A stretch of 64,000 nt of DNA from Balanoglossus misakiensis (taxonomy: Eukaryota > Animalia > Hemichordata), in the NCBI GenBank assembly GCA_040954595.2, contig CM082583.2, forward strand, positions 280,542 to 344,541. Direction: 5' to 3'. Below the pieces are notes generated by a model, which was not told the origin of the DNA, made no database searches, and was given only the letters and a program-made list of their open reading frames with translations. Both the position numbers and the translations under genes were made by a program. Shown piece after piece: positions 26,146 through 38,815 of this stretch; the stretch's first letter is position 1; each line of letters begins with the position of its first letter.

Positions 26146-27931
26146 CTGCGGGGAAAACACAAATATCATAAAATGTATTAGAATGAATACATGTGAATTA
26201 CAGTTTTCTTTGAGTACACATTTCAAAATATACGACAAGAGAGCAAAATTGTGTGAAACTTAATAAATATCATCTGGCATATAACTTGGCCATTACATAT
26301 GTTTATCTGTACCAGTACTGTATACTGATAAACAAACAATGTAGTAACCACATTAAATTTAACAAGGTAGTGTTTGAAAGCCAAAAATATCATGCACGAG
26401 ACAACAAACTCGTTTTTTTTTGGCTCCGAAGTGTAAACAGAGGAGTCTGTCAAGTTGGGTATGAGCTACTACCGTCTGTCAAACTACTTCCATCCGTCAA
26501 GAATTCATACCATTTTCTAGCTTTATGTTTTTGGCGGTGGTGTGTAGCTTTGAGGTGTTGCGGAAGAATTGGAACAGGGACAGAAATCGGAACGGATTAG
26601 CCAGCAGTGTTTTTGCTACCCGCGAGAAAAAAGTTTGGCGAGACAATTTTCATACAAATTAGTCAAACTTGCGAAGCACTGCTCTCTAACATCGTCGTTT
26701 GTTTTGACATGATCAACTTGCCATGATCAGTGCACTACAATGCGTGAAAGTGGACCGCTGTTCTGTTCATTGATCATCACCCCCTTGTATCATGAACATT
26801 GTAAGGCAATCCATTGAGCTCTTTCAGCTAGTGGCCACACTCGCTTGATTTCCTGTGTGTGTCTCTGGAGGCACAAATAATGCATATGCGTCTTTTTCTA
26901 ATTTGCATATTTTGAATGGGTTAGGTGTGCCCTGACTTGAATGCGTCAAGCGTACAGGTTGTTATGGAAGTTTCTTTTTAGAACCACTAGTGTTAGTCTG
27001 TGGGCCCAACCATCAAAAAAAGGTTCTAGAAATGTTATTATGTTGTATAGGAGTTTTGTTCTACATGAAATTAGCTGGAAATGATGGGTGGGAAACTATT
27101 GATGTGAAATCAGGTCACTTCTACCGAAAATGATGGACCAGAGAGCAATGACTATTTTAATTTATTTCATATACTATGTTCACAACTGCTATGCACCCAT
27201 AAACTGGGGAAACTAAATGATTGAACTTTCTGTTTGAACAATTCATGTATTTTTTTTGCTACCACCTACACTACTATAGTCAGCACATGAAAGTATATAC
27301 TTGAATATGGAGAAATTTTATCAAAACACTTCAGCTGATCTTGAATGCTGTCTGATATTTTTTTTTCCAAATGTATTTCTTTCACTTTTAGACTAGTACT
27401 TCTAAGCACTGTTTTTTTTCAAAACACATTTCTCATAGCTCGCACTGGTGCAATTTGATACGACATACACAATGAATTCCATCAGTATAACATAATATAC
27501 AGAATCTGAGAGGGAAATGACAATATATTTGTGTGAGGCCATTTGTGAGTGCAGGCCATTTTTAAGACTTAATTTAAAACAGTTATTAGAGCCCAGGACA
27601 AGTGGTTTTTCCCCCTGTCAAGCACCTACGTTATCAGGCTGCATTCAATATTACATGAGCAAATCAGTTCAGCATTTCACTGTGGTGTTTGCACTGTTCT
27701 CCAAACATTCTGCTCGTCATCCACTACACACTGAGAGAGCACCAAGTGTCCTTGACGCTATATTTTTAATTTCTAACTATGGAAAGTGCCTGATAACTTT
27801 AAATTATTTTCTTTTTTAACATGGTGACTGGCTGTAATCTCTGCAACTTACAACTTCTGTAAGCACCCTTTTGTGGCAGGAAAAACAAAGCCATTGTTAG
27901 CCTATACCCTCCCCACTCAAAAAAAACTTAC

Positions 27932-28051
27932 CTAAACAATTGACATGGTCTGCACTCAGAGAAAAACCATCATCACCACAACTACAGCTGAATCCACCCT
28001 CTGCATTGTGACAACCTCCAGCACAAACAGAATCTGAACACTCATTCACAT
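27932..28051 (-). pseudogene. Calcium-binding EGF exon, phase 1-1, open
   Basis: DVNECSDSVCAGGCHNAEGGFSCSCGDDGFSLSADHVNCL; AG/GT; 120 bp. Confidence 0.88.
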
Positions 28052-28371
28052 CTGAAAATAGAAAACAAAAACATCCATTGTAATTATTCAAGTCAATACC
28101 TATCCTCCCTTCCTTTAAAATTTTCTTAAATTGAACAAATTCACATGGCTTTGAAATTAAGTATTAACAGTGATATTTCTAATATTTCTAACAGGCCTGA
28201 CTTTTCTAAACTTTCAGTTTCTTTGTGGATTTGTAGAAATGATGTAAAAACTGAGCTGTCAGGTCATAACTGTTTGTGCTTTGGCATGAACACATATCCC
28301 AGAATGCCCTACAGGGTTGGCAAAGAAATTGATAAACTCTTCACCTAAAATTTCAAACTCGTAGATCTTAA

Positions 28372-28812
28372 TTATATAGATTCTCACACTCCTGGCATGC
28401 TGAGAGTGTGGGATCAGAGTGTAAGAACAAATCAATCCCACACACTCACTGAATCGAAAGCTGTATATGACGCGAGCGCTGATTGGATGACAAAGTGATT
28501 TTTAATAACGTGCGCTAAATGTTATCCAATGACAGGATAAAGAAACTACAACATGCCAGATGACAACTCAAGAGTCATTTATTCAATGTTTTAAGACGAA
28601 TTTGGCTAATTTGTGCCCGTGTGAGAAATATAATCTCATACACAAAGGACCTAGGATCATATTTCCCACACTTGTCAGGGATATTTTGTCCCACATTCGC
28701 CTGCGGCTCGTGTGGGACAGAAAATCCCCAACTCATGTCAGAATTATGACCCCTAGTCCTTGGGAGTGTGAGATTCTATTAATCTCACAACCTTAGGACC
28801 TGGGATAAGATT
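28372..28812. mobile_element. Hairpin-ended element (copy B ~51713-52153)
   Basis: Hairpin ~28632-28775; tip TC-GCC-TGC-GGC-TC, which reads GA-GCC-GCA-GGC-GA on the minus strand. Confidence 0.65.
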
Positions 28813-29799
28813 TCTCAGATGAGTTGGTGATATTTTTGCTTGTGTTAGTCAACATATACCTGATAAGTGTAAAAAATTGCGTCAAGGACACAGTGGTCCC
28901 ATTCAGTCTACACGGAGTACATATACACAGTCAGATCCCACGGTGCTCATTTGCATATGAAAGTTCATCAAGCGAGCGACCGTTAACTTTCAAACAGACT
29001 GCAATAGGCCAATTTTCAAGGTGATTTTCAACTTGATTTTTATGCTCTGTTGTGCAATAAAATACCATGTTAGCTGGATAAATTACGAAAGTGATTCCCA
29101 TTTTTCACTGCAGACGTAAATTTTATGAAAATCTGTCGGTAATAGTAGAAGTTTTTAACGTGTTTTCAGTGGTATGTTGGTGACCCCGAAAGAGACGTCC
29201 ATAAACGTGTCAAAAAGCATTTGAAAACGACCTCGGAAGTTAACCAAACTTTCCTGACAGAGAGGTCTAATATCGGTCCCGACATCCATGAAAAGAAATT
29301 AATTCGAAATGCTTGTGTAACAGTCCGCTTAAAAATAATCGATGTCGTTCAACGATATGACCCGGAAGTATACGTTGACCTCTCCGGCTCCATGTTAGCC
29401 TTGTAAATACAGAAGTGTTGCGTTGATCGTGAAACGATACGTTTACCGTGGGGAAAACAGCTTTTGAAAGGCAATTCTTAAGTAAAACAGTTACTGGATA
29501 ATGTATAACACCCTAAGGTAACGTATTAGCCAAGTTTTAACTTAATTACTAGCCTGATTTCAATACAACATCGATCTATCGCCTACAAATGTAGGTCCCA
29601 TATGGACAGAATGCCAGGTTTACCATACATGACTACGTACGTGTGAGGAGCTCAGCTGGTGTATTTTTTTTCTCTTTATCGTGGCCTGGGATATTAGTAG
29701 ACATTTCGAGAATGCAAAATGCCAACTGTAACTTCAGAACCATTTCCCTTTATTCACTGATAATATATGCAATAAATATTTGTGTCTGATGGCAAGCAA

Positions 29800-30700
29800 T
29801 TTTTGTTGTCATCATTGCATTGGGCTGAACAGGACAGAGTTTGAGCTGATCAGCTGACTCCAAGTTTCGATTTGGAACATACAATTTGATCATATCAGAC
29901 AGATATGATGGTCCAAGTCTATGAATGAATTCAAAAATAAGAAATAAAATCTTGAAAACAATACGATCAGACACAGGTAACCAATGCAACTGAAATTGCA
30001 TTGATGTAAAAGGTGATTTTGGAACTAGCAGCAATATTTTGAACTTGAATACGGCTGATCTAGTACTTAGGGAGCCCAAATAAAAGTGAATTACATGAAT
30101 CTATTCAAAATGCAACAAAAGAAGGAACTTTATTGCTCTGTGGCGGCTTGAGATAAATATTTACAGACAAGTGCAATATGCTGCAAATGAAAAGCGACTG
30201 AATGGCAGATCTGTGCAATCATTGTCAGACAATGAACAGGTTTCAGAGCATCACATGCATTTCTGTAATCCCTCTGGCAGATAGATTACCCGAAGTAGCA
30301 GAAAAAATAACAAATTCAGTCTTATCGTTATTTAAACACAAGACATTTTCAGACATTCAGTACCGACATCGGAAATACAATGTTCTAGATTTGAAAGCAT
30401 TCTGGGAGCATTCTTCTTGGTAAAAGACAATGAAGAGCCATCTGCATAAAAGCTATGTACAGGCATCCATGACTAGAAACTAATTCACCTAATGGAGAAG
30501 TGTACATATTAAAAAGTATAGGACAAAGAACTGATCCCTGTGTTACCCCAGTGTCAAGCGGATAAAATGGTGATTGTTTGGAACACGGTTACAGTAACCA
30601 TGTCTGAAATTAACACATACACACAGGGTGCGATTGGAAAGGTATGACTGAAACCACAATAGGGCTGCAACCCACAAAAGACCAATCAATTTCATTGATG
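29800..30700 (-). mobile_element. Decayed L2-clade LINE ORF2 fragment inside Academ copy A
   Basis: ALLWFQSYLSNR, QGSVLCPILFNMYTSPL, FYADG and LHWLPVSDRIVFKIL..GPSYLSD motifs. Confidence 0.8.
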
Positions 30701-32147
30701 ATTCATTAAATGTCATCACAGTCACCATCATTGGAATCACAATCACCATTCTTTGAATTATCAGTTTGTTTTTCTTCCGTCCAGTTATATTCATCAGTCA
30801 GTTCGTCAAAGTCAGAATCAGTCTCGTAAATATTTCCCTCTTCTTCTCTTAAAATGTCAAATTAATGTGACTCCTCCTGTAAAATTGCATCAATGCTATT
30901 TTCCATATTATGATGTTCAGTATCAGTGATTGGTGATGGTGATTCTAATAGTGGTGACTTATCTGTATATTTTGGGCATACCCCATACTTTTTCGATGTG
31001 GTACAGAATCCAGGGTTCCCATTATGTGGATTACTGGAGTCATTGCATTGACACGCAGGGCCACAACCATTGTGGGTCTTATAACATTTACAACATCTGC
31101 TATTACAAGTTGGCATCTTTTTGCAGCCACACCCTTTTGTTAGCAACTCCAAATTATTTTTCACTTTTTCTAAATTGGCATCACTGTCCCAAATAATATC
31201 AAGTTCGCCGTTGCTTAGTCTGTATCCATAATTATTGAATAAGGGAAACGTAACATGGCACTGATCGGCCTGGGACCATTACTGAGAGACCCAGCATGAT
31301 CTTTTCCAGTGCAGTTGTAGGGCTTCAAAGGAAGGGATACATTCTTCCTCATACTGGATACGTGGCCAAATTGTTTCTCATATATATGTAAGCCATTTGA
31401 TGTGGTTATCTTTAAGACTGTTAGTGACACTGGCTACTTGTCGATAAAGTTCAAAAAGATGAGATGCATCAAATGCTTGGAAATGTTTCTTAACATAAAC
31501 ACTACCTTTTAAACGTATGAAAGCGAAAATTCCATTCCCTACACTGTCTACTGTTGTGTCTATCAGTGTTCCAAGTATAAGGGTGCCACTAGTTATAAAC
31601 TCAGGGTATTGAAAAAATGTCTTGTAGAAAGATATCTTTCCGATGCCTGCAAAGTATAGTCACAACCTGTGCATATGAACACTGTTTGAAATATTTTGCC
31701 TACATATTGGAGGGGAATATGTTGCAAATAAGGGTCTAAATTTAAATCTGATTTGAATTGATTCATGTCTAAATAAGTGAGATTGGATAAATCATTATCC
31801 AGTTGTAAAAATATCTCCTTTTGAACATGTTGATATAGTACTGGGAGGAGAACATGATAAGTATCGGTATCAGGGGAGTAAATAACACCTTTCTTGTAAG
31901 AGGACTGAACTGCATGAAGGATGCATCTACTGTCAGCTTCTTCATGACAACTTTTGGCTTCCCACTCAGACACAATTCCATTACTACCGACGAAAAGACT
32001 CTTGTCCCTATTTTCCCCATCAAAGCCACCTGCTGTAATGAGGACATGATCACCTTGCAGAGCCGGTACAATTATTTTTAAAGATGTGGCTGACAAGAAG
32101 TTCACTAGTTTTCTCTTGTTTGGCCTACAATTAATGTATGTTTTGAG

Positions 32148-33133
32148 CTAATATTATTGATTTCCTATTTTTTATGCATTTGTTTGTATTTTTCCATGTT
32201 ATTGGTAAAAAGTCTTCATTTCTGAAAGTGATGGGCTTACTTCTTTTAAATTTAGTATGAAGCTTCCCAATTGTTGTCTGAGTAACCATAGTTGTGTTCA
32301 AATTGTTGTAAAATTTGCATATTTATAATTTTGAGCAATATTTGCCATTTTTGGTCAATTTTTTTTTCCTGTAAAACCGCATGCCGGATTGCTTTGCAAT
32401 TTGGTAGGCATGTTCGTAGGTGTAACCCAAATAATATGTTGTAAAAAATGTGATATTTTCATAAATGTGTTATCGGGGAAACTTTTGCAATTTTTGTCAA
32501 AAAATGTTTTCCTGAAACTGCTTGTCATATTGCATTGAACTTTGGCAGCATGTTCCTTGTAGTGGTTGAAGTAAGGTATTGTACAATTTTGTGTTTTTGC
32601 CACTTTTGAACAAATATTTTTTTGTGAAACTGCTTGTTGATTGCTTTGAAATTTGTTTTTTCTCTGATTGCTTTGAAATTTAGGATATAATTTCATAACA
32701 CATACATGTATATGTGCAACTTTTATTCAATTCTGATATCACAAATATTCAATATTTAGCGAGTTTTTTCTCCTAAACCAATTGTCCAGTTGTTTTGAAA
32801 GTTACTGTTTACAAGGAGTTGTTACCCCCAACTGAGACATGTTTACATAACTTCAATAAGCCAGCTGTTAGAGAGACCATGGGCTATTAAATTGTTTATT
32901 ACTAGTGGCAGGTCAGTGTGTGTGTCTGTCTGTCTGTCTGTTTCAGAGCTGACTGAAAGAAGTTGCTTCTCATATGTGTTTGTACAGACAATTTTTGGTC
33001 AATTTTTTTTACATTCCATATTTCTATATCGTAAGATCATATATGCTTGCAATGTCACCTGTAATTTTTATTCTGGTGTGTCACTGTTTCCGCATAATCC
33101 TCAAATGGGACCACAGTGTCCTTGACGCTATTC
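32148..33133 (-). mobile_element. HINE-like insertion in the Academ ORF (copy B ~53907-54962)
   Basis: TGGGACCACAGTGTCCTTGACGC is the reverse complement of the HINE 5' motif; AT-rich and non-coding; left boundary approximate. Confidence 0.55.
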
Positions 33134-33721
33134 TTTGCTGTGTCATCTGAAAATATATTAGTTAGCTCCCTGGCGGTATTAAGTGGTGAAAATACATCAG
33201 CACCTTCAAGACAATTGATATACAACCTGCAGTTTGACTCATGTATTTTATGTACACTAACTGAATTATGGGTTTCATTTTAGAAAGAAAATAACTGATC
33301 TTTTAGATTCTTGGCAGCCATAGCTCTATAGGGTAAATAAATTGCTATTCTCTCCATTAACCCACCTGTAGAAGTATGCAATGCAGCTTTAACATCTTTA
33401 TTGACGCACATTTCATGGGCTTCATCTAGTGCTACATTAACCCAAGTTGAGCCTGACAAATTGCAAACAAAACCACCTGCTTTGAAATGTCACAACAGAG
33501 AGTTTGGCATCTTCAGAAGGTCAGCAAGGTGTCTGGGAATTAACCTCAAGTACAGGGATCGGTCATATGCATGGAACAGTTGGTTCATTTTTTTCAAAGC
33601 CGATATTCGAAGGTTCCAATTTCCTGACCTTATTGCAATGTACAAAGACATGTATGCAAACAAATCTTCCTCTATAAATCTAACCCAAAATTTGAAAGTT
33701 TTGTCTGTATTTGCCCTTCTG

Positions 33722-34345
33722 CACAGTACGTGAAATATCCCATAATTCATTCTGATTTGTACAATTAGAGATTACTCAGTCAAACCAGGCAAAGTGTAGA
33801 GAGAATTGTAGACCACTAATAGAAATTTTGAGATCTTACTTTTAAGGTGAATCTTATTGTCAATTACCATTTCAAATGATTTAGAAAATTATGTATTATT
33901 GAGAGAGAAGATACGAATTTTATAAAATAATCAAGCAATTGCATAGCCAGCCATACCAAAAAGTTTGGAGTAAAACAGGGACACTTGAAACACCTGTTTA
34001 ATCAAACAAAAAGATATTGATATTTTCTTTTGACAGAACAATGGAAATTTACATGTTAACTTTCAACAGAGACTGGCCACCTCAGTCAATCATTGCTTGT
34101 TTCCTCATTGCTTGTTTCCTCCGAAGTGTGGCATTTGCAGTACATGAATACTTTGATTCTTAATGCTTTTAAATTTTGATTTTGGAATTTCACTCTAATT
34201 CCTCAACGTACTTTTCCTAGATAAACATAAATAGATTTATATGTACTTCATATCATTGTTAGTGTCTAAAACAGAAAAAGTTATTAAATGGGCAACCTTC
34301 GATGATACAAATCATGGAGAATTGTGGGTAAAATATCGTACTGTG
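33722..34345. mobile_element. Transib-like non-autonomous element, CACAGTACG TIR, 5-bp TSD TTCTG
   Basis: TTCTG|CACAGTACG...CGTACTGTG|TTCTG; removal restores the Academ frame FCDRRANTDK. Confidence 0.8.
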
Positions 34346-36929
34346 TTCTGTCACAAAAAATCTGAAATTCCTCTTGCAAGCGAGTAAGTTGAGCCTTAAG
34401 GTCACCATTAATTTTGTCAATATGATCAGCTTTATCTTCAGTACATTCCAAAGATTTTGTGACAGCTTCTAGTAATTATTTTTGGACTGTTTCTGTATTT
34501 AAGGGACAGTGCTGGGTATTATGGGTTTCACCCGTCTTATTCAAAAAGGAATTGACAACACATCTAAACATACTTTCCCAAATTTGTGTTAGGAAGCGAT
34601 GAGTTAGCTTGAAATTTGTACACTGTACTAGGGTTTCCAAAGTTCCCCCTTTATGATTGAACCCTGCCAGATGTTTTAGGCCAGCATCCCAGAATATTTT
34701 CATGATGACTGGTTGGTAATTTTTTAGAGTGTGCCAGTCTCTGATAAAAGGCTGCAACCAGTCTAAATTTGCACCATACATGTCTTTTAACTTTATCAGG
34801 TGATGGGAAGTTTTCCCATCACCAACCACAACCAGGTATTTTATTCTTACACCAACTCTGAATGTAACATATACAGCTTATTGATAATGTTATGGACAGT
34901 TTCAATGGTGTCTGCGTGTTCACTTGCTATGCCCAAATAAATGACATCTGAGCATTCACTGTCATCACTGTTAGCATTTGTTGCTAATGTTGATTTAAAA
35001 TCCCCAAAAACTGTTTCTATATCAGCTCTGTGCATTGCATTTTTCTGTAGAGCAAAAATGAATTGTCAGAAAACAGTTCTGACCAAGCAATGGCTTCTTC
35101 TTGTTTAATGTCAAAATCTGACAGCGAAATTGATGACCGTGGTTGATGTTGTCTCAGTAGAGGTGGTTTAAATACTACATCATCATGAACAGTATCATTG
35201 GATTTTTTTCTCCGTAAATGTACGGGCTTTTGCAATCAAACCTGTACCAGTATTTTTTTAGATAGATCTGTCAACCATGATTTTAGTATTATTTCCACAA
35301 ATTGCCAAAAATTTCATTCATTTCAGAGTCTACTGTATTTTGTGAACAAAAGCCACTGTTTAATTCCTGCCACCGTTCAAATGAATTCTGTGCATTTTCA
35401 CTCACCAGACTATCTTTACTTTTAATTAACTGCCTGTTAAGAAGCAAATCATAATGGCCTGGTTGACCTGGCCTGTCTGGTGTGTACAAGAGACAGACAG
35501 GCTCAGTCTTGGAGAACACATCACCATCACCTCTTGCAAATATATCATTCTGCTTGGTGTATATATGTAATGGACATTTTGCAACATACACTACAGATAA
35601 CATTTCTGGCATACCAGCATATTAATCTGCCTTTTCCATACATTGTGTCCTGTGCAAAATGTCCATATAACGAGTGCCGTCTAACAGGACATCAAGTTGT
35701 GCATCATCCATTCCTTCAAAGTATATATGATTGGCACGCATTATGTCTACTGTATCTGCTCTTAACTTGTCTGCGAATATTTTCTCTCGGTCAGCTAAAA
35801 TTGGGTCAGAAGGGAGTCCACTAGGTAGATGATCGCAATTTTGCAATGCAATATCATTTCTCACAGAGATGCTCCTGAAAAAGCACCTTCCACCACCATA
35901 TATGTTGATTAGCTTAAAATCTTTGACAGTTGAATGTTTGTCATGACTGCCAAAAACAATATCATCAACACTGTTCAAAATTGACTTTGGTTTTGGTTGG
36001 ACCATTTGATAAGAGGTACCGTGGAAACCTCTGTCCTTTGGATCAGCTCTAGCAGCTGCATATTTAGCTGATTTATCAATATTGTCAATGGAAGTTATAC
36101 AAAATGCATTATTTGCAATATTTTACTCTGTGAAATCAGCTGATGTTCTTTTGTTGATAACTCCCAACATGTATCTATGCAATGTATCTCCAGAACAAAT
36201 AATACCAAATCAATTTAGAATTTTCACTAGAGTAGATGACCTACTATAACCTTCAACAATATCAGCCAGGTAAGTATGCAATGGGTAAGTACAATGATCA
36301 GAACAAGTGAACAATAGCATACACACAAAACAAACGCCTGAGGAATCGTGCTCTACTCTCCATAGAGTGCTGGTCATAAAATCCATAGTAGTGTTTATTC
36401 CATTCAAAGTTGGGGCTTTTTAATTTACTGCATTCACTGTTGTTCAACGTTTTATCACATGAACTGGCCCCTATAGCCGCTTGTGTGACGTAGAACAGGT
36501 CGAATAAAAAATCCGAATTTACTCCTGTTCTACGTCATCAACCGGAACTATTTACACTGATTCGCCCGTCGCTGTAACTTTCTTGTGAAATGGAATAAAC
36601 AAGTGGATGAACCCGTAGTTGTACATAAGTCATATAAAACTGACGGTTCCATGACGGTTCCGTAAGAATATCGCTGGGTAAAATCAATACGAGAAAGGTA
36701 GAATTTGAAACGTCAACGCTACGATCATGAATGTGTGCTTGCAGCTAGCGGGCCTGGTCCCGAGCGAGCCAGCACATTGTCTTGATTTTAGGCTTACGGA
36801 AGTTACGAGAATGGTTTTGTTCCAGCTGAGCGGGATGACTAACACTCTGTATTCTGTCCACTGGTCAACGATAAGTATAAGACGTGGAAAAAACATCGCA
36901 ATTCATTTGTTTGAGAATCGAAAACATTT

Positions 36930-38815
36930 TAGTGGGGCAGTTAACAAAAAAATCGTGCACTTTGGGTTAAAAGCATGAAACTTGGTACACTTATGCATTG
37001 ACCCATGGCGGCCATTTTCTGATATGGATCCAAAATGACAGCGCCCTCTAGTGGCCAGAAACAGACATTCATACTTAAAAACCGTGCACTTCAGGTTAAA
37101 AGCCTGAAACTTGGTACACTTATGCATTGACCCATGGCGGCCATTTTCTGATATGGATCCAAAATGACAGCGCCCTCTTGTGGCCAGAAACTGACATTCA
37201 CACTTTCCCCCAATTAATGGCACTTTTTGGTCATTTGTAACACTCTGAAACAGGAATGTGGGTTGTAAAACATGCTTGCTACCATACATTCATGTGTATA
37301 CTGTGGAATACTTTTTGTTCGCGTGGAATTTATTTTGGCTGCTTTCGCGGAGGTAATTTTTGCGCGAAAATTTGTTCCAGCGGTATGTTTTGAACACAAT
37401 AGACATGAATATTAATGAGCTAGATCGACTGACGCAGTGACCTTTGACCACTGATTACTTGCATGTTACGTCTATGGAAAACAATCTGACACGGAACACG
37501 CACTCACGCTCACGCACTCACATGCCGACAGTCATTATCGACACCTAGTAATTGACACCATAACTAAAACTGGTTAAAAACAATAAAATCAAATGTTTGC
37601 CGACTCGATTGACACCCAAAACGCATTGTTTGTCACCTAACAGCAGCCTGTGATGTTTGTGTTTGACGACTTAGCTTTGTCGATGTCAATCTGACACGGA
37701 ACACGCACTAACGCACTCACATGCCGACAGTCATTACCGACACCTTGTAATTAACACCATAACTAAAACTGGTTAAAAACAATAAAATCAAATGTTTGCC
37801 GACTTGATTGACACCCAAAACGCATTGTTTGTCACCTAACGGCAGTCTGTGATGTTTGTGTTTGATGACTTAGCTTTGTCAACGTCTAATTTCAATTAGC
37901 GTACAGCGCCTTGGCTGATGACAATGTAAAGCGATCAGCGCGAAAATAAAGTCGCGCCGACGTATCGATTTTATCCATTGCGCGAAAATATATTCCAGCG
38001 ATAATAAAGTATTCCACAGTATTATCCTAATCCTGATATACATGTATCAGATCAATCTTGATTACATCTTCCTTCACAGTAACAATGACCACTGCTGTCA
38101 GACTAGACCTAAAGCACCTACAGAATCATGTCCATGACTTTTGGCCACTGATTTCCTGAGGTTGACTCTTTTCTTGGGCTTGACTAAGAGTTGTCCAACT
38201 TGATTTCCACTGGGATTCTGTTGGTTTGATATAGCTTTGCTAGGTTTCTCACAGCACATGTTCTTTAGATGCTGCCTGTATTCTCGAGAATGCTTGACTT
38301 TCTGGAGAAGAGGTGTTGTATTATCCCTTTGCATGACTTTGTGTATTGAACTGGTTGTTATTTCGAAGAACAAATCGTTCAATTAGTAACATACAAGATT
38401 GATCTGATGCATGTACATCAGGATTAGGATAATATTCAAAGGAATGTATGGGAGCAAGCATGTTTTACAACCCACATTCCTGTCTCTGAGTGTTAAACTT
38501 GCCCAAAAAGAGTCATTAATGGGGGGAAAAGTGTAAATGTCAGTTTCTAGCCACTAGAGGGCGCTGTCTTTTGGGATCCATATTGGAAAATGTCCGCCAT
38601 GGGTCAATGAATAATTGTACCAAATTTCATGATTTTAACCCAAAGTGCACAATTTTTAAGTATGAATGTCTTTTTCTGGCCACTAGAGGGTGCTGTAATT
38701 TTGGATCCATATCAGAAAACGGCCGCCACGGGTCAATGCATAAGTGTACCAAGTTTTATGCTTTTAACCCAAAGTGCACAATTATGCCAAAATGTGGGGT
38801 TTAGCTCCTGCACTA
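36930..38815. mobile_element. TAGTG...CACTA element with long subterminal inverted repeats, 3-bp TSD TTT (Academ-like non-autonomous)
   Basis: Empty site AAACATTTGT at 21121; filled ACATTT|TAGTG...CACTA|TTTGT. Confidence 0.8.
37301..38019. mobile_element. TA-TSD MITE with an internal ~205-bp tandem duplication
   Basis: TA|CTGTGGAATACTTT...AAAGTATTCCACAG|TA. Confidence 0.75.

Noticed and set aside
38098-38382. 94-aa ORF inside the TAGTG/CACTA element
   Set aside because: No recognisable domain and a non-ATG start.
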